From: Candidatus Zhuqueibacterota bacterium
GTDB taxonomy: Bacteria; Zhuqueibacterota; Zhuqueibacteria; Thermofontimicrobiales; Thermofontimicrobiaceae
Assembly (NCBI GenBank): GCA_049322915.1
Contig: JBMOPW010000035.1
Span: 171,629-235,628, forward strand
Length of the DNA stretch: 64,000 nucleotides
Reading direction: 5' to 3'
Shown: positions 39,782-50,300 of the stretch, one piece after another
Numbering within the stretch: position 1 is the first letter of the stretch
Layout of the letters: each line of letters begins with the position of its first letter
Position numbers and translations under genes: made by a program
Notes under the pieces: model-generated
What the model saw: only the letters and a program-made list of their open reading frames with translations
Told to the model about the DNA's origin: nothing
Databases searched by the model: none

Positions 39782-42544
39782 TTATAAATTTGACAAATCA
39801 ATTTCCAGCCCGATCTGAATCTCGCGCGGCGCAGAATAGAAATGCGGGTACACCAGGTATTCGTCGACGGTATTGACGCGAATGCCCTCAGTCTCAACCA
39901 CATTGGCAGCTTCCAGCGTGTTGTTCGCGCGGCCGGTATCGCCGAAAACGTTGATCTCATTTTTTCTATCCAACAAATTGAAAATATTGGCAAATAAAAT
40001 CGCCTTTACATTCCTGAATCTGATGCTTTTATGGAATTTCAAATCAAAGGTCATGGTGACCGGCTTTCGCCGACTATTCGCTTGCAAACCGGTCGATAAA
40101 TTCTGTCCCTGCCGGGAAGCAACGCTGATGGAAGGCGAATACGGGAACGCCGAGCCGTACCGGCCAAGCAGACTGAATCCACCCCACGGTGCAGCAAAGG
40201 AGAACGCGCCGTTGAGGGTATGCGTCTGATCCCAATCCAGAGGGATGATCATTTTTGTCGGTTCAGCCTGGGATTGCAGAGCGTAAAACTCTTCGTTGGG
40301 GTCGGAGTTGCTGCCTTCGGCAACCTGGTAGGTATAGTCGACATTCATCGAGAAATCATTCACCGGGCGCATGTCAAAGGCAAGAGTCACGCCACGGACA
40401 TTGGCGTAATCTTTATTGATATAATTCGAATAAGCCACGCCTGGGATGTATGTCTCAATGGCAACGCTGGTCGTCACCCAGTTGCGCACATCGCGATAGA
40501 ACCCGGTCAGATCGATGGCTATCTGATCGCTGATCTGCTGCTGCAAGCCAATTTCGTACATGACTGTCTTTTGGGGCTTCAGATCCGCATTGCCAAAAGG
40601 TCCCTGGATACCAGTCGAGGACGACACTTTGTAGCCGGGGTTGGCGTACAGGTAGAGGAAATTCGGGATTTGTAAAAAATGGCCGTACGAGAAATGAATC
40701 GTGCCGCGATCGGTGATAGGATAGGCAATGCCGAATCGCGGGCTCACCTGATATTTGGGCTCCACATCGCGGTACCAGTAACTAAGCCGGTCGTCGAAAG
40801 TCGTCAAATTGCCCGGCAGGTCCAGCAGAGAATCCGGCAGCGCAGGATTGTGGTAAATATTCTCAGGCTTGAAAGGATTGTAAATATTGGGGTCTGACGG
40901 ATCGTTCAGCACCTTGCCGTTGGCGTTGAAATAGTCGAACCGCATGCCGATATTGACGATCATGCTCTTGTACTCGATTTTATCCTGAAAGTAAAGCGAC
41001 AGTTCGACCGGCCGTCGCGTGTACATATTGTGATTCGGCGTATTGATGTCCAGAATGTCCGGCTCAAACGGTGTAATTTCCCGGCCCGATGCGTCTCGCT
41101 TGGCCACCAGTGTGTAATCATCCAGGAACAATTCGTGAAGGCGCCCTTCCAGACCGGCTTTCACCTGATGCAACTGATTTAACTGCACGGTATAATCCAG
41201 CTTACCGACCCAGGTGTTCGTGTTCCGTTTGAAATGATGCAGATTGGTGCCCTGATCCAGGAAAGCGTACGCCGGGACGATCATCGAATCCGGATGGACA
41301 TAACGCGTATCCGTCGAGTTTTCGTAGAGATATTCATTGAACCGCTTATAATAATTGGACACGTTCACCGTGTAGAACGACCGCTCGCTGAGGGCGTGGG
41401 TGAAGAGAAGCGAAAGATTGTAACCATCTTCAAATTTTTCCACGTCGCCGGTGGGATTCCACTTGAAACCATGATTATAGTCTCTGTAATTCATCTGGCT
41501 GCCCAGCGCGCCAATGCTGAGTTTCATCGTCGGGGTGAGCTTCGCCGTCAATTTGGCCTGAGCCGAAAGCTTTTGATCGAAATCCATGGCCACTGGTTCA
41601 AAATCACCGGCAGAGCCGTCCGGCAAAAATCTATTTTGGCCGTACAGCCAGCCGTCACTGAAATTATACCGCGTGGTCGCGAAGAAATTGATATTCTTTG
41701 CAAAGGGCAGAGGGCCGTCCATGCTGGCTTGCGCATTATAATTCGCAAATGGATTGACATCATCGATATTATAGAAAATATCGTTATTGCCACTCACGAA
41801 GTCACCGCTATAGCCGGAGAGATTCAGATGATAATTGCTGCCGCCCTCTTTGGTCACAATATTGACGATGCCGGACATGGCCTGGCCGTATTCGGCGTTG
41901 AACGTCCCGCTGATGACCTGCAATTCCTGCACTGATTCGTTCTCCACCTGCACCGAAATCGATCCGTCGTAGACGTCGGTGACTGAAATACCATCCACCC
42001 AGTAGGCCACCTCAGAAGAGCGACCGCCGCGAATGTGAATGCCGCCGTCGCGATCCACGGTGACGCCGGATTGCAGCGCCAACACTTCGGAGACTTCCTG
42101 GACCGGGAGATTTTCGATCTGCTCCGCATCCACGTGCGCTTCGGCGGATGTGAGGTCTTTGGTCACCATGGGCCGTTCAGCAATCACAACCACTTCTTTG
42201 CCCAGTTCCAGCACCTCCGTGGAAAGCTGAAAATCCAACGTCGTTGTCAGATCGATGGACACTTTCACATTGGTCAATGTCGATTTCTCGTAGCCTATCA
42301 TCGAAGCAGTCACTGTGTATTTTCCCGGGGGGATATTCAGGATCACATAGTATCCGTTCATATCCGCGGCAGCGCCCATTGTTGTCCCTTCGATCAGGAT
42401 ATTCACGCCGGGAAGCAATTCGCCGCTCTGCGCATCCCGGACAATCCCGGAGATTTTGCCGGTGGTCCCGGCAAAACCGGGCTGGCTCACCAGCACGATG
42501 AAAACGAGCAATAACAGAGTTACTCCTGAACTATGCATTCTCAT
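39782..42544 (-). CDS. TonB-dependent receptor, module 2
   Basis: N-terminal carboxypeptidase-regulatory-like domain (GKISG.VRDA..GE.LPG), plug HIRGGR, SGTFNAEYGQAMSGIVNIVTKEG, SPRFG, NLLDR. Confidence 0.92.
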   Translation of the reverse strand: MRMHSSGVTLLLLVFIVLVSQPGFAGTTGKISGIVRDAQSGELLPGVNILIEGTTMGAAADMNGYYVILNIPPGKYTVTASMIGYEKSTLTNVKVSIDLTTTLDFQLSTEVLELGKEVVVIAERPMVTKDLTSAEAHVDAEQIENLPVQEVSEVLALQSGVTVDRDGGIHIRGGRSSEVAYWVDGISVTDVYDGSISVQVENESVQELQVISGTFNAEYGQAMSGIVNIVTKEGGSNYHLNLSGYSGDFVSGNNDIFYNIDDVNPFANYNAQASMDGPLPFAKNINFFATTRYNFSDGWLYGQNRFLPDGSAGDFEPVAMDFDQKLSAQAKLTAKLTPTMKLSIGALGSQMNYRDYNHGFKWNPTGDVEKFEDGYNLSLLFTHALSERSFYTVNVSNYYKRFNEYLYENSTDTRYVHPDSMIVPAYAFLDQGTNLHHFKRNTNTWVGKLDYTVQLNQLHQVKAGLEGRLHELFLDDYTLVAKRDASGREITPFEPDILDINTPNHNMYTRRPVELSLYFQDKIEYKSMIVNIGMRFDYFNANGKVLNDPSDPNIYNPFKPENIYHNPALPDSLLDLPGNLTTFDDRLSYWYRDVEPKYQVSPRFGIAYPITDRGTIHFSYGHFLQIPNFLYLYANPGYKVSSSTGIQGPFGNADLKPQKTVMYEIGLQQQISDQIAIDLTGFYRDVRNWVTTSVAIETYIPGVAYSNYINKDYANVRGVTLAFDMRPVNDFSMNVDYTYQVAEGSNSDPNEEFYALQSQAEPTKMIIPLDWDQTHTLNGAFSFAAPWGGFSLLGRYGSAFPYSPSISVASRQGQNLSTGLQANSRRKPVTMTFDLKFHKSIRFRNVKAILFANIFNLLDRKNEINVFGDTGRANNTLEAANVVETEGIRVNTVDEYLVYPHFYSAPREIQIGLEIDLSNL

Positions 42545-42562
42545 GAATTGCTACCTCCTGTT

Positions 42563-44308
42563 TTATTGAAAAACATGCCATCGTAATTTTTCGTTTTGTA
42601 TTTCAATATTCGCTTCCTGTCGCATGGTTTGAATGGTATTGTGCAATCGAATTTTACGCCATTTCCAGAGAATTTCATTTTCAATCTGGTGACGCGCCTC
42701 TTCGAAAGTCTTTGGCCGTTGACCCTCTACGGCGATCAATTGAATGAACGAGTAATTGCCGAGAATTTTCAGCGGCCCGATAATTTGCCCCGGTTGCATG
42801 GAAAAAATTGTATCGGCCAATGCCCCGTACCGGGTTCGAGGCGCCATGCCTAATTCACCGCCGCTTTCTCGCGCCCATTCCCGGATGGAATATTTTTTGG
42901 CCAAATCTGAAAACCGCTCTCCGTTTGCCAAACGAGTTGAAAGGTCTTTTGCCGATTCTTCATCTGCAACTAAAATTTCCCTGACATTGGCTGATGCCTG
43001 AAATGAATAATCGCCTGGATTTTTGTCGTACACTTCCCTGGCAGCGACTTCCGTCACCGTTGCTGTATCGGAAAACATTTTCACCATCTGGCCGACGATA
43101 TACCCGTCGATGGCGTGATCAATTTCGGCTTGCGTCTCTTTGTCCTTCGCCCATTGGCTTTGCTGTGCCTGGTGAAGCAGTTCTTCCCGAACTACGAGAC
43201 CGGTAATAAATTTTTTCAAATCATCAGCGGTTCGAATTCTGCGCTGCTGCCGCTGGCTGGTGTATTTCGCCTTTTCTAAAAACTGCGCAACCGTCCAAAA
43301 TCCGTTTTGGGAGGTCATCAGCGTCTCATCCATAATCTCGCCCATCAAATCCGGCGCGAACACATTCCCGATGTCAGCTTGTAACGAATCAGGGGCCGAT
43401 CCTTCCAAACGTGCAGCCATGAATTGCAGGATTTTTTCATTGAATTTCAAATCCAAATCACGGGATATTTTGCTGCCAAATTCCTGGGCCGCGGTTATTG
43501 CCTTTTCGCGCTTTAGAATTTTGGTGATGGCCGGTTTCGCATCGAGAAATTCCTGCTCGCTCACGAACGGCTTGAAAAACCGATCCTCCACGTTGATGAT
43601 GCTGTAGCCATATTTGGTTTTGACCGGTCGAGAAATTTCGCCAACCTTAAGCGCAAAGGCCGCCTGCTCGAAAGCCGGCTCCATTTCATCCTTGCCGACA
43701 TAGCCTAAATAGCCGCCAGTGGCCGCCAACGTCGAATCCTGAAATGTCAGCCGGGCCAGTTCCTCGAACCGGGCGCCATTTTGAAGCTGCCGGTACAACT
43801 CGTTGGCCTCCTCCTCTGTTGCGGCGTACAAATGCCGCGCGCTCACCTTCTGTGTGTAGTAGCGGAAGCCGCGCCGCAGTTCATTCTCCGCGACCGAGAC
43901 TGTGTCGTAAAACGCTTTCCTGCGGAATGTATTCAGGTAAAATTGATTTCGAATGCTCTCTGCTTTTTGTTTAAAAAGCGACGAATCGTCCAATCCGCTG
44001 TCATAAAAATTTTGAATAAGCAGCCGCTCGCCGATCATCTGATCGAGGAGATTTTCGCGCGTCTGCAAATTATCCTTGATGCCGGTCATTCGCGTAAAAT
44101 ATTCCAGCCGTTCAGCGAATTCGCTCACGCGGATAAATTCGTCATTGACCCGTGCGAAATATTCCTCATTGGAATTTTTGCCGCATTGGATCAGAGATAA
44201 TAAAAGTAAAACCAAGACAGACCAGCGATTGAAAAATCGGTACAATTCTTTGGTCCCTGATATCAGTGTTGATAAAGAAAATAAAACTACTCCCCGAAAC
44301 AGTCTCAT
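42563..44308 (-). CDS. Parvulin-type peptidyl-prolyl isomerase (SurA/PrsA-like, two PPIase domains), probable lipoprotein
   Basis: ARHL, FEELAR, GGYLGY, FEQAAF.L.VGEISRPVKT.YGY; second domain LAKKYS..GGELG; ATGA overlap with the GH13 stop. Confidence 0.88.
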   Translation of the reverse strand: MRLFRGVVLFSLSTLISGTKELYRFFNRWSVLVLLLLSLIQCGKNSNEEYFARVNDEFIRVSEFAERLEYFTRMTGIKDNLQTRENLLDQMIGERLLIQNFYDSGLDDSSLFKQKAESIRNQFYLNTFRRKAFYDTVSVAENELRRGFRYYTQKVSARHLYAATEEEANELYRQLQNGARFEELARLTFQDSTLAATGGYLGYVGKDEMEPAFEQAAFALKVGEISRPVKTKYGYSIINVEDRFFKPFVSEQEFLDAKPAITKILKREKAITAAQEFGSKISRDLDLKFNEKILQFMAARLEGSAPDSLQADIGNVFAPDLMGEIMDETLMTSQNGFWTVAQFLEKAKYTSQRQQRRIRTADDLKKFITGLVVREELLHQAQQSQWAKDKETQAEIDHAIDGYIVGQMVKMFSDTATVTEVAAREVYDKNPGDYSFQASANVREILVADEESAKDLSTRLANGERFSDLAKKYSIREWARESGGELGMAPRTRYGALADTIFSMQPGQIIGPLKILGNYSFIQLIAVEGQRPKTFEEARHQIENEILWKWRKIRLHNTIQTMRQEANIEIQNEKLRWHVFQ

Positions 44309-46176
44309 CGCAACCTCAAATTCAGGCAAGCCAATTTCGTCTCCAGACCGGGGATTAAAATAAGCCCGGCTTTGCAGTCGACCTTCAATTCAATTTTGCC
44401 ATCGATGACCAGAAAACGGTCCCCGCTCAGCAAGTCCATCCATTGTTTCCCGGCCGCATCCAATTGCAGCGGCTGAATTCGCTCGGAGCTATTCACCACC
44501 ACAATGACTTTCTGCTCATCATAATTTCGTTCGAACGCATACATCGATTTTTCATCATCAACCACGAGGGACTGAAAATCACCCAGCATCAGCGCCGGGT
44601 GCTCTTTTCGAATGCGGATCAACTCTTTATAATAATGAAAAAGATCGGGATTGAATTCATTTTTATCCCTCGGACGAACCGCGCCAAACGGATGGCTGAC
44701 TTCATCGTCGTATTTCATATCAGCCCAGAGCATGGGCTTTCGCTCGTCCGGGTCGCTGGCGCCCCACATGCCGGCTTCATCGCCGTAATAAATCATGGGC
44801 GCGCCCGCGTACGTCATTTGGAACAGCGCGATGAGCTTCTGGATTTTTATCTCATCGGCCCGCGGCTTGCGAACGTTGTAATTTTCGTTGGCGTTCAGCG
44901 TATTTTTGTGCCCGTAAATCCGGTCCGGATTTACAATCATGGAAGGCAGCCGGTCCGTATCGTGACTGTCCATCAAATTCTGCAACACATAGTTGGCTTC
45001 GAACGGGTAATCGGTTCTGACCCGGGCCAGTTCCTGATCGAATTGTGTGACCGATATTCGATTTTCCTGATCAATGAAAAATTTGGTGACCGCCGCGGCA
45101 AAACGATAATTCATCACCGCGTCGAACATATCGCCCTGGAGCCAGTCCGCGGCGTTGAACATTTTTTCCGGCCATTTCTCCCACCAGACTTCGCCGGTCA
45201 AATAGGCCTCCGGATTGATTGAGCGAACCAGCTTGCGGAATTTCACCCAGGACGCGCGGGTCACTTTTTCGGCCACATCCAGGCGCCAGCCATCGATGCC
45301 ATCCGAAGGATCGCCGTCGCCGTTGGGGTCCATCCATCGTTTAATCGAAGCTTCCATGTACGCCCACGGCTCTGCTGCAAAGCCATCGCTTCCTTCGCGA
45401 ATCTCCGGCATGCCTTTCACACCGGCCCAGCATTCGTAATCGAATTCATCATCTTCAGTGTCAGGGTTGTCCCAGGACTTCACAGCGAACCATTCCCTGA
45501 ATCTGGATTTCTGTTGATTCATCTTCAGATCAGCGAAAGCGAAAAAGTTGACGCCAACATGGTTGAACACACCATCGATGATCACGCGGATATTTCGTTC
45601 GTGACACTGTTTGATCAATTCAAGGAAAAGCTTGTCGGCGGCAGTCCACTGCCAGGTCGAAGGATCGGCGGGATTTTCGTTTTCGAAGAGAATTTTATCG
45701 CCGGCAGGATCCGGGCCAAAATTATCTTCGATGTGGTGATAAAATGTGCCATCGTACTTGTGAAGCGATGGCGACTCAAACAGCGGGTTGAAATAGATGG
45801 CGTTGATCCCCAATTCGTGCAGGTAATCGAGCTTGTCGATCACGCCCTGCAAATCGCCGCCACATCGCCGGCGCTGGGCGTGATAGTAGAATCCTTTATC
45901 ATCCTGCTCCCACGGTTGAAGCTGATACCAGTCCGCAGTCCAGGGTGAAGTCTGAATTTCGCGCATGTCGCCGAACGGCCAGGATCCGATGATATCCTCC
46001 AGTCCGGGATCATTGGCCGGGTCGCCATTGCGGAACCGTTCCGGAAAAATCTGATACCACACGGCCTTTTTGGCCCACTCCGGCGCCTGGTAATTGATCC
46101 GGGTTTCCTGGCGACAGTTCAGGCAGAGCAGTCCTGCCATGAGCAGAATAATGAATTGGATTTTCCATCTATTCAT
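44305..46176 (-). CDS. GH13 alpha-amylase/neopullulanase-cyclomaltodextrinase-like enzyme
   Basis: YQIFPERF.NGD, DGVFNH, DGWRLDVA, GEVW, SHD catalytic triad, YYGDEAGM; N-terminal signal ending in Cys. Confidence 0.95.
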   Translation of the reverse strand: MNRWKIQFIILLMAGLLCLNCRQETRINYQAPEWAKKAVWYQIFPERFRNGDPANDPGLEDIIGSWPFGDMREIQTSPWTADWYQLQPWEQDDKGFYYHAQRRRCGGDLQGVIDKLDYLHELGINAIYFNPLFESPSLHKYDGTFYHHIEDNFGPDPAGDKILFENENPADPSTWQWTAADKLFLELIKQCHERNIRVIIDGVFNHVGVNFFAFADLKMNQQKSRFREWFAVKSWDNPDTEDDEFDYECWAGVKGMPEIREGSDGFAAEPWAYMEASIKRWMDPNGDGDPSDGIDGWRLDVAEKVTRASWVKFRKLVRSINPEAYLTGEVWWEKWPEKMFNAADWLQGDMFDAVMNYRFAAAVTKFFIDQENRISVTQFDQELARVRTDYPFEANYVLQNLMDSHDTDRLPSMIVNPDRIYGHKNTLNANENYNVRKPRADEIKIQKLIALFQMTYAGAPMIYYGDEAGMWGASDPDERKPMLWADMKYDDEVSHPFGAVRPRDKNEFNPDLFHYYKELIRIRKEHPALMLGDFQSLVVDDEKSMYAFERNYDEQKVIVVVNSSERIQPLQLDAAGKQWMDLLSGDRFLVIDGKIELKVDCKAGLILIPGLETKLACLNLRLR

Positions 46177-46288
46177 AGCTGAATCCTTCACCCTGTATTC
46201 GCGGTAAATTTTCTTTCAAATAGTTGGCTTGGTAACATTGCGCACTGCCCAAAGCGACCACCCTTGTTTTGCCACTGCTTCCGTCCGA

Positions 46289-47308
46289 TTAAAATTCCAG
46301 CGCAACGGTGAATTGCTGAATTTCGCTCAGCACGCCAAAGTCCTGGTACGCGTAATTCAATTTGATCCGGAGCCCGCTGATGAGCGAATAGTAAAATCCG
46401 GCGCCCATGGCGATCCCTTCCTCAGAATCTTCGGCGAATAGCGTCTTGTAGCCTGCGCTCAAAGAGAACATATTCCTGAACAGATACATGCCGCCCAGGT
46501 TGATGAATTCGACATCGTCATTGGGATGGAGCGCGTCCACAGCGATGATCAAATTGCTGTCGCCCATGCCTTTGAGCACATCCATGGACATGCCAACACG
46601 GAAGAGCAATGGTAAATCGTACGCTTCCGTCTTCAGTTCGGCATTGATATTCTCATTGTTGCCGGCAATGATGGGATTGGTATCCACCTGCAGAATCAGG
46701 TCGCGACCGCTCATCCGCATTTTCGTGCCAAAATTGGAAATGTTCATTCCAATCCTGAGTCCATTGAACTGCGTGATGAACTGGGTTCCCACATCAAAGG
46801 CAAGGCCGGAAGCGGATGAATTGTAAATGAATTCATGGATGTATTTCACATTGCCGCCGATATTGAATCGATCGGTCAAACGCCGGGCATAGGTTAAATT
46901 GAACGCATACGCTCCGGCGGAAAATAACTCGCCGTTACCATCAGGATACTCCACGGTAGTGCGTTCCATATCATCCATCGTGAGGAACGTTGCGCCGGCA
47001 CCGATGGTTCCGAAAGAAAGCGGCACCACAATTCCAGCGAAATTGAAACTCATATCGGCAATCCAGCGATTGTGCGTGAACACAGCCTCGTTGTTATCCA
47101 CATTGGCAATGCCAGAAGGATTCCAATACATGGCGGTCGCATCGTCCGCCGAAGAGACGTAGGCGCTGCCCATGCCAATCGCCCGTGCGCCGACATCGAT
47201 ATTGAGAAAACCAGCCGCGGTCGTGCCGACTTTAGTCACCTGGCTGAATCCCTGAACAGGTATTCCGAAAATCAATATCATTAAAGCCAGAAAAAATATC
47301 TTCTTCAT
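46289..47308 (-). CDS. PorV/PorQ (UPF0164) family outer-membrane beta-barrel, module 1
   Basis: FLNIDVGARAIGMG, ADDATAMYWNPSG, terminal Phe; paralog of 35141-36172. Confidence 0.88.
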   Translation of the reverse strand: MKKIFFLALMILIFGIPVQGFSQVTKVGTTAAGFLNIDVGARAIGMGSAYVSSADDATAMYWNPSGIANVDNNEAVFTHNRWIADMSFNFAGIVVPLSFGTIGAGATFLTMDDMERTTVEYPDGNGELFSAGAYAFNLTYARRLTDRFNIGGNVKYIHEFIYNSSASGLAFDVGTQFITQFNGLRIGMNISNFGTKMRMSGRDLILQVDTNPIIAGNNENINAELKTEAYDLPLLFRVGMSMDVLKGMGDSNLIIAVDALHPNDDVEFINLGGMYLFRNMFSLSAGYKTLFAEDSEEGIAMGAGFYYSLISGLRIKLNYAYQDFGVLSEIQQFTVALEF

Positions 47309-47328
47309 TGCTCAGCTCCTGTTATGCG

Positions 47329-50300
47329 TTATTTAATAACACCGAATTTTCCAATTTTTTGACCGTGTTTTCCAGCGTCCACATGGTAGACATAAACGCC
47401 ATAGGCGATATCCAACTCATCTTTTGTGAGCATGTCCCAGATTTCCGTGCCGTTCCAGATATTCATATGGTCGCCGGAGGTGATGGAATTGTGTTCAATG
47501 ACGTCCACCAATTGCCCGCGGACATTGAAAATCTTTATCGTGCACTGTGGCGGCAGATGGATGAAATGCAAATGCCTGGGGCCGTGACCGCTGGAATAAG
47601 GATTGAGCGGTTCCCAACTGTTGGTTACAATGTAAGGATTGGGCACAACTTTGATATCCTCCATTTGCGCAGCAACCAGATTGTCATCAATGGATTCTTT
47701 AAGCGATGTAAATTCCAGCACCATCGAAGATAGAAACGGTTTTTTGAGAATGATAGTCGCTGTATCGCCGGCGGCCGGAGCGTTCAACCGTTCATCGAAA
47801 ACAGTCTTGAATTCCCAGGTGACAATCAGCGAATCGTTCTCATTTTTCTCCATGAGGATGATTAAATCCTGGTTGTTGTAATCAGATGAAAAAACGCCGT
47901 CATTCCCGTGCGTTTCCCAGAAAGCAAAGTCGATGTATTTTTCGCTGGAGAGATTGTAGATTTTAAAGTTGACCGGCTTCGGCTGCAGTTGGACGGTTCT
48001 CACTTTGAGATAGGTCGAAGTGTCCGTCCCGACTTCATCGAAAATGACCCTGTAATCCGACGGAAGCATGGTTCCGGTGATGAATCCGTATTTGAACACT
48101 TTGAAGCCGATTGTGAACAGGCTGTCCCGGCTCCATGAGCTTTTCGTCCGATCGATTTCGATGAACCTGGCGTTGTTCACAAAAAGCTGAAATCCGTCGA
48201 TGATGGGCTGCTCGTCGTAAATGCTCAGCCTGCGGCTGCGATCGATCAACGTATCGATTTGTCCTTCCTCTTCCATCGTCACGTCTGCCAGCGTCCAGCA
48301 TTTCGTGGACAGCGTATCGCCTTCGGCAAGGCTGCCCACCTTGATGCTGTCTTCGAAGGTGACTCGGTAGCGGTGGTTCTCTTTTATCTGCGCCGGATCA
48401 ATGATGTGGTATGTAAATTCGCCGGAGGGTTTCAATTGGCTCACCGCACTAATCGTATCCAGATCAGCCGCAACAAAGCCAGCCGCCGGAGCCTCTGGCC
48501 GAACGATCTGCACGTTGCGGCTTCTGTCGATACCGCCTGAGGCGTCCACTGAAATTTGAATGCCGCATTCGGTCGGCGGGATTTGCTTGTCCGGCTTGGG
48601 ATCGCCGTGATCGTACGCTGTGAGCGCGTAATAATAGGTGTAGCCATTTTTCACATTGGTATCAACGAAGCTGTGTTTCAAGCCGGTGTTCGAGCCCAGA
48701 TAAAATTGAACTCCCTTCACCGGCACCACCTGATAATCTGTAGTTGAGTTATCCACGTTTGTATGCGTATAAATGAAGCCATCGTATTCATTGTTCAAAT
48801 CGTACTGGACGATGGGTTCCATGAACGTCTCGGAACCGAAGGCATCGGTGATTTCCACCATGTCCCGGAATTGCGTGTCCGTGGAGCGATAGAGCCGGTA
48901 GCCTTCGAAATCATAGCCGGTGATCGGATCAAACGATTCTTCAGCCAGATCATCCCAGTACAAAGTCACTCTATTATTTCCCGGAACCGCCACCAGCGTT
49001 GGTGTGTACGGCGCCTGAGCGAAATTGTAGTTTTCATTATAGGCCTTGGAGACCCATTCCTTGTTGCGATAGAGGTCGCTATTAGCATCGTAGCGGGGGC
49101 CATCGCCGAAGATCATGGCGATGGAGAATCGCTCCGTCTGCCCCACTTTCATCGGGAAATAGCCGGAGCCAAATTGGAAATCGGCGTCGGCATTTTCGAT
49201 GGAGGCGTTGAGGTAGCCCGGCTTCATGTAGCGCCATATCTTGACATCATCGTGCAGCGGAACAGCGTCGAACGGTTTGAAGAAATAGAAGCTGGTCAAA
49301 CCGATCATGTCGGTTTCATCAATATCGGTCTTGTCCACCCGTGGTTCCCCGGGCAGATTGGTGCCAGCGCCGGATGTGGGCATTCCATCGCCCTCTCCTG
49401 TATCGCCTGTGCCGGCTTTACCATCCAGCCCAACGTCATCGGCGAGAATATCCCAGTCGTTGTCGTTATCGATCTCATCATCGCGACGTTCGTCGATCAA
49501 AGGATTGCCCATACCGCCGCCGGCAATATAGTCCTTGTAAGGCAAATCGACGTACAGGTAAACGTGCGTCGTATCAGGGGCAGTACCGATGGTGGCGCCG
49601 TTGCTTTCATCGATAATCCCGTTCAAATTGTTGTCGATATTATCGTGAGCAATCTCACGCACTGTCTGTCCCGGATTCACTGTCACAACTTTGCCGTTGT
49701 ACGTATAGGTCACGCCCTGTTCCGGCATAGTGGTGACCGTTCGTTCGTAGCTGTCGTAATCAATTAAAACGACCTGGTCGCCCACGCTGATGATTTTCGC
49801 ATCGAACATATCTTCAGAAATTGTGGGACCGCCGAAAGCGCCTCCATCCCCGTCATTATCGATACCGTCATAGGGATTTCCCGGGCTTTCCAGAAATGCG
49901 TAGCCGAGAACACCCACCGGGCCCCATCCGCCCTGTCCGATAGCAGGCTCAAAGTCCCATGTGAACGCCAGATCCTCAACCAGGTCGTAATCAGCGCAAT
50001 CATCATTAAAATCCCCCTGGTTGGTTCTGGTATTGCCCATCATATTTCCGATCATCATGCCGAACACCATTTTATCGTAATTCGTGGTGCCGATATTGGT
50101 GATATCGTAGAGCCAGAACAGCGCATCTTCCACCAGTGCATTGGACCACTGGAACCCGCGCACCGTGGCTCTCAGGCCCAGGCCGCGGCGCAGCGTATCT
50201 GTGCTGTCCGGGTAGAATGGGTATTCCGCGTCCTGATAATCGTCCATCACGTAATAGCTCTCCTGATCGGCATTAAATACATCCTTGCCAAAATAGCCAT

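Noticed and set aside
37217..39787. 345-aa and 372-aa plus-strand ORFs
   Set aside because: Antisense to the large module-2 protein; no RBS or recognisable domain
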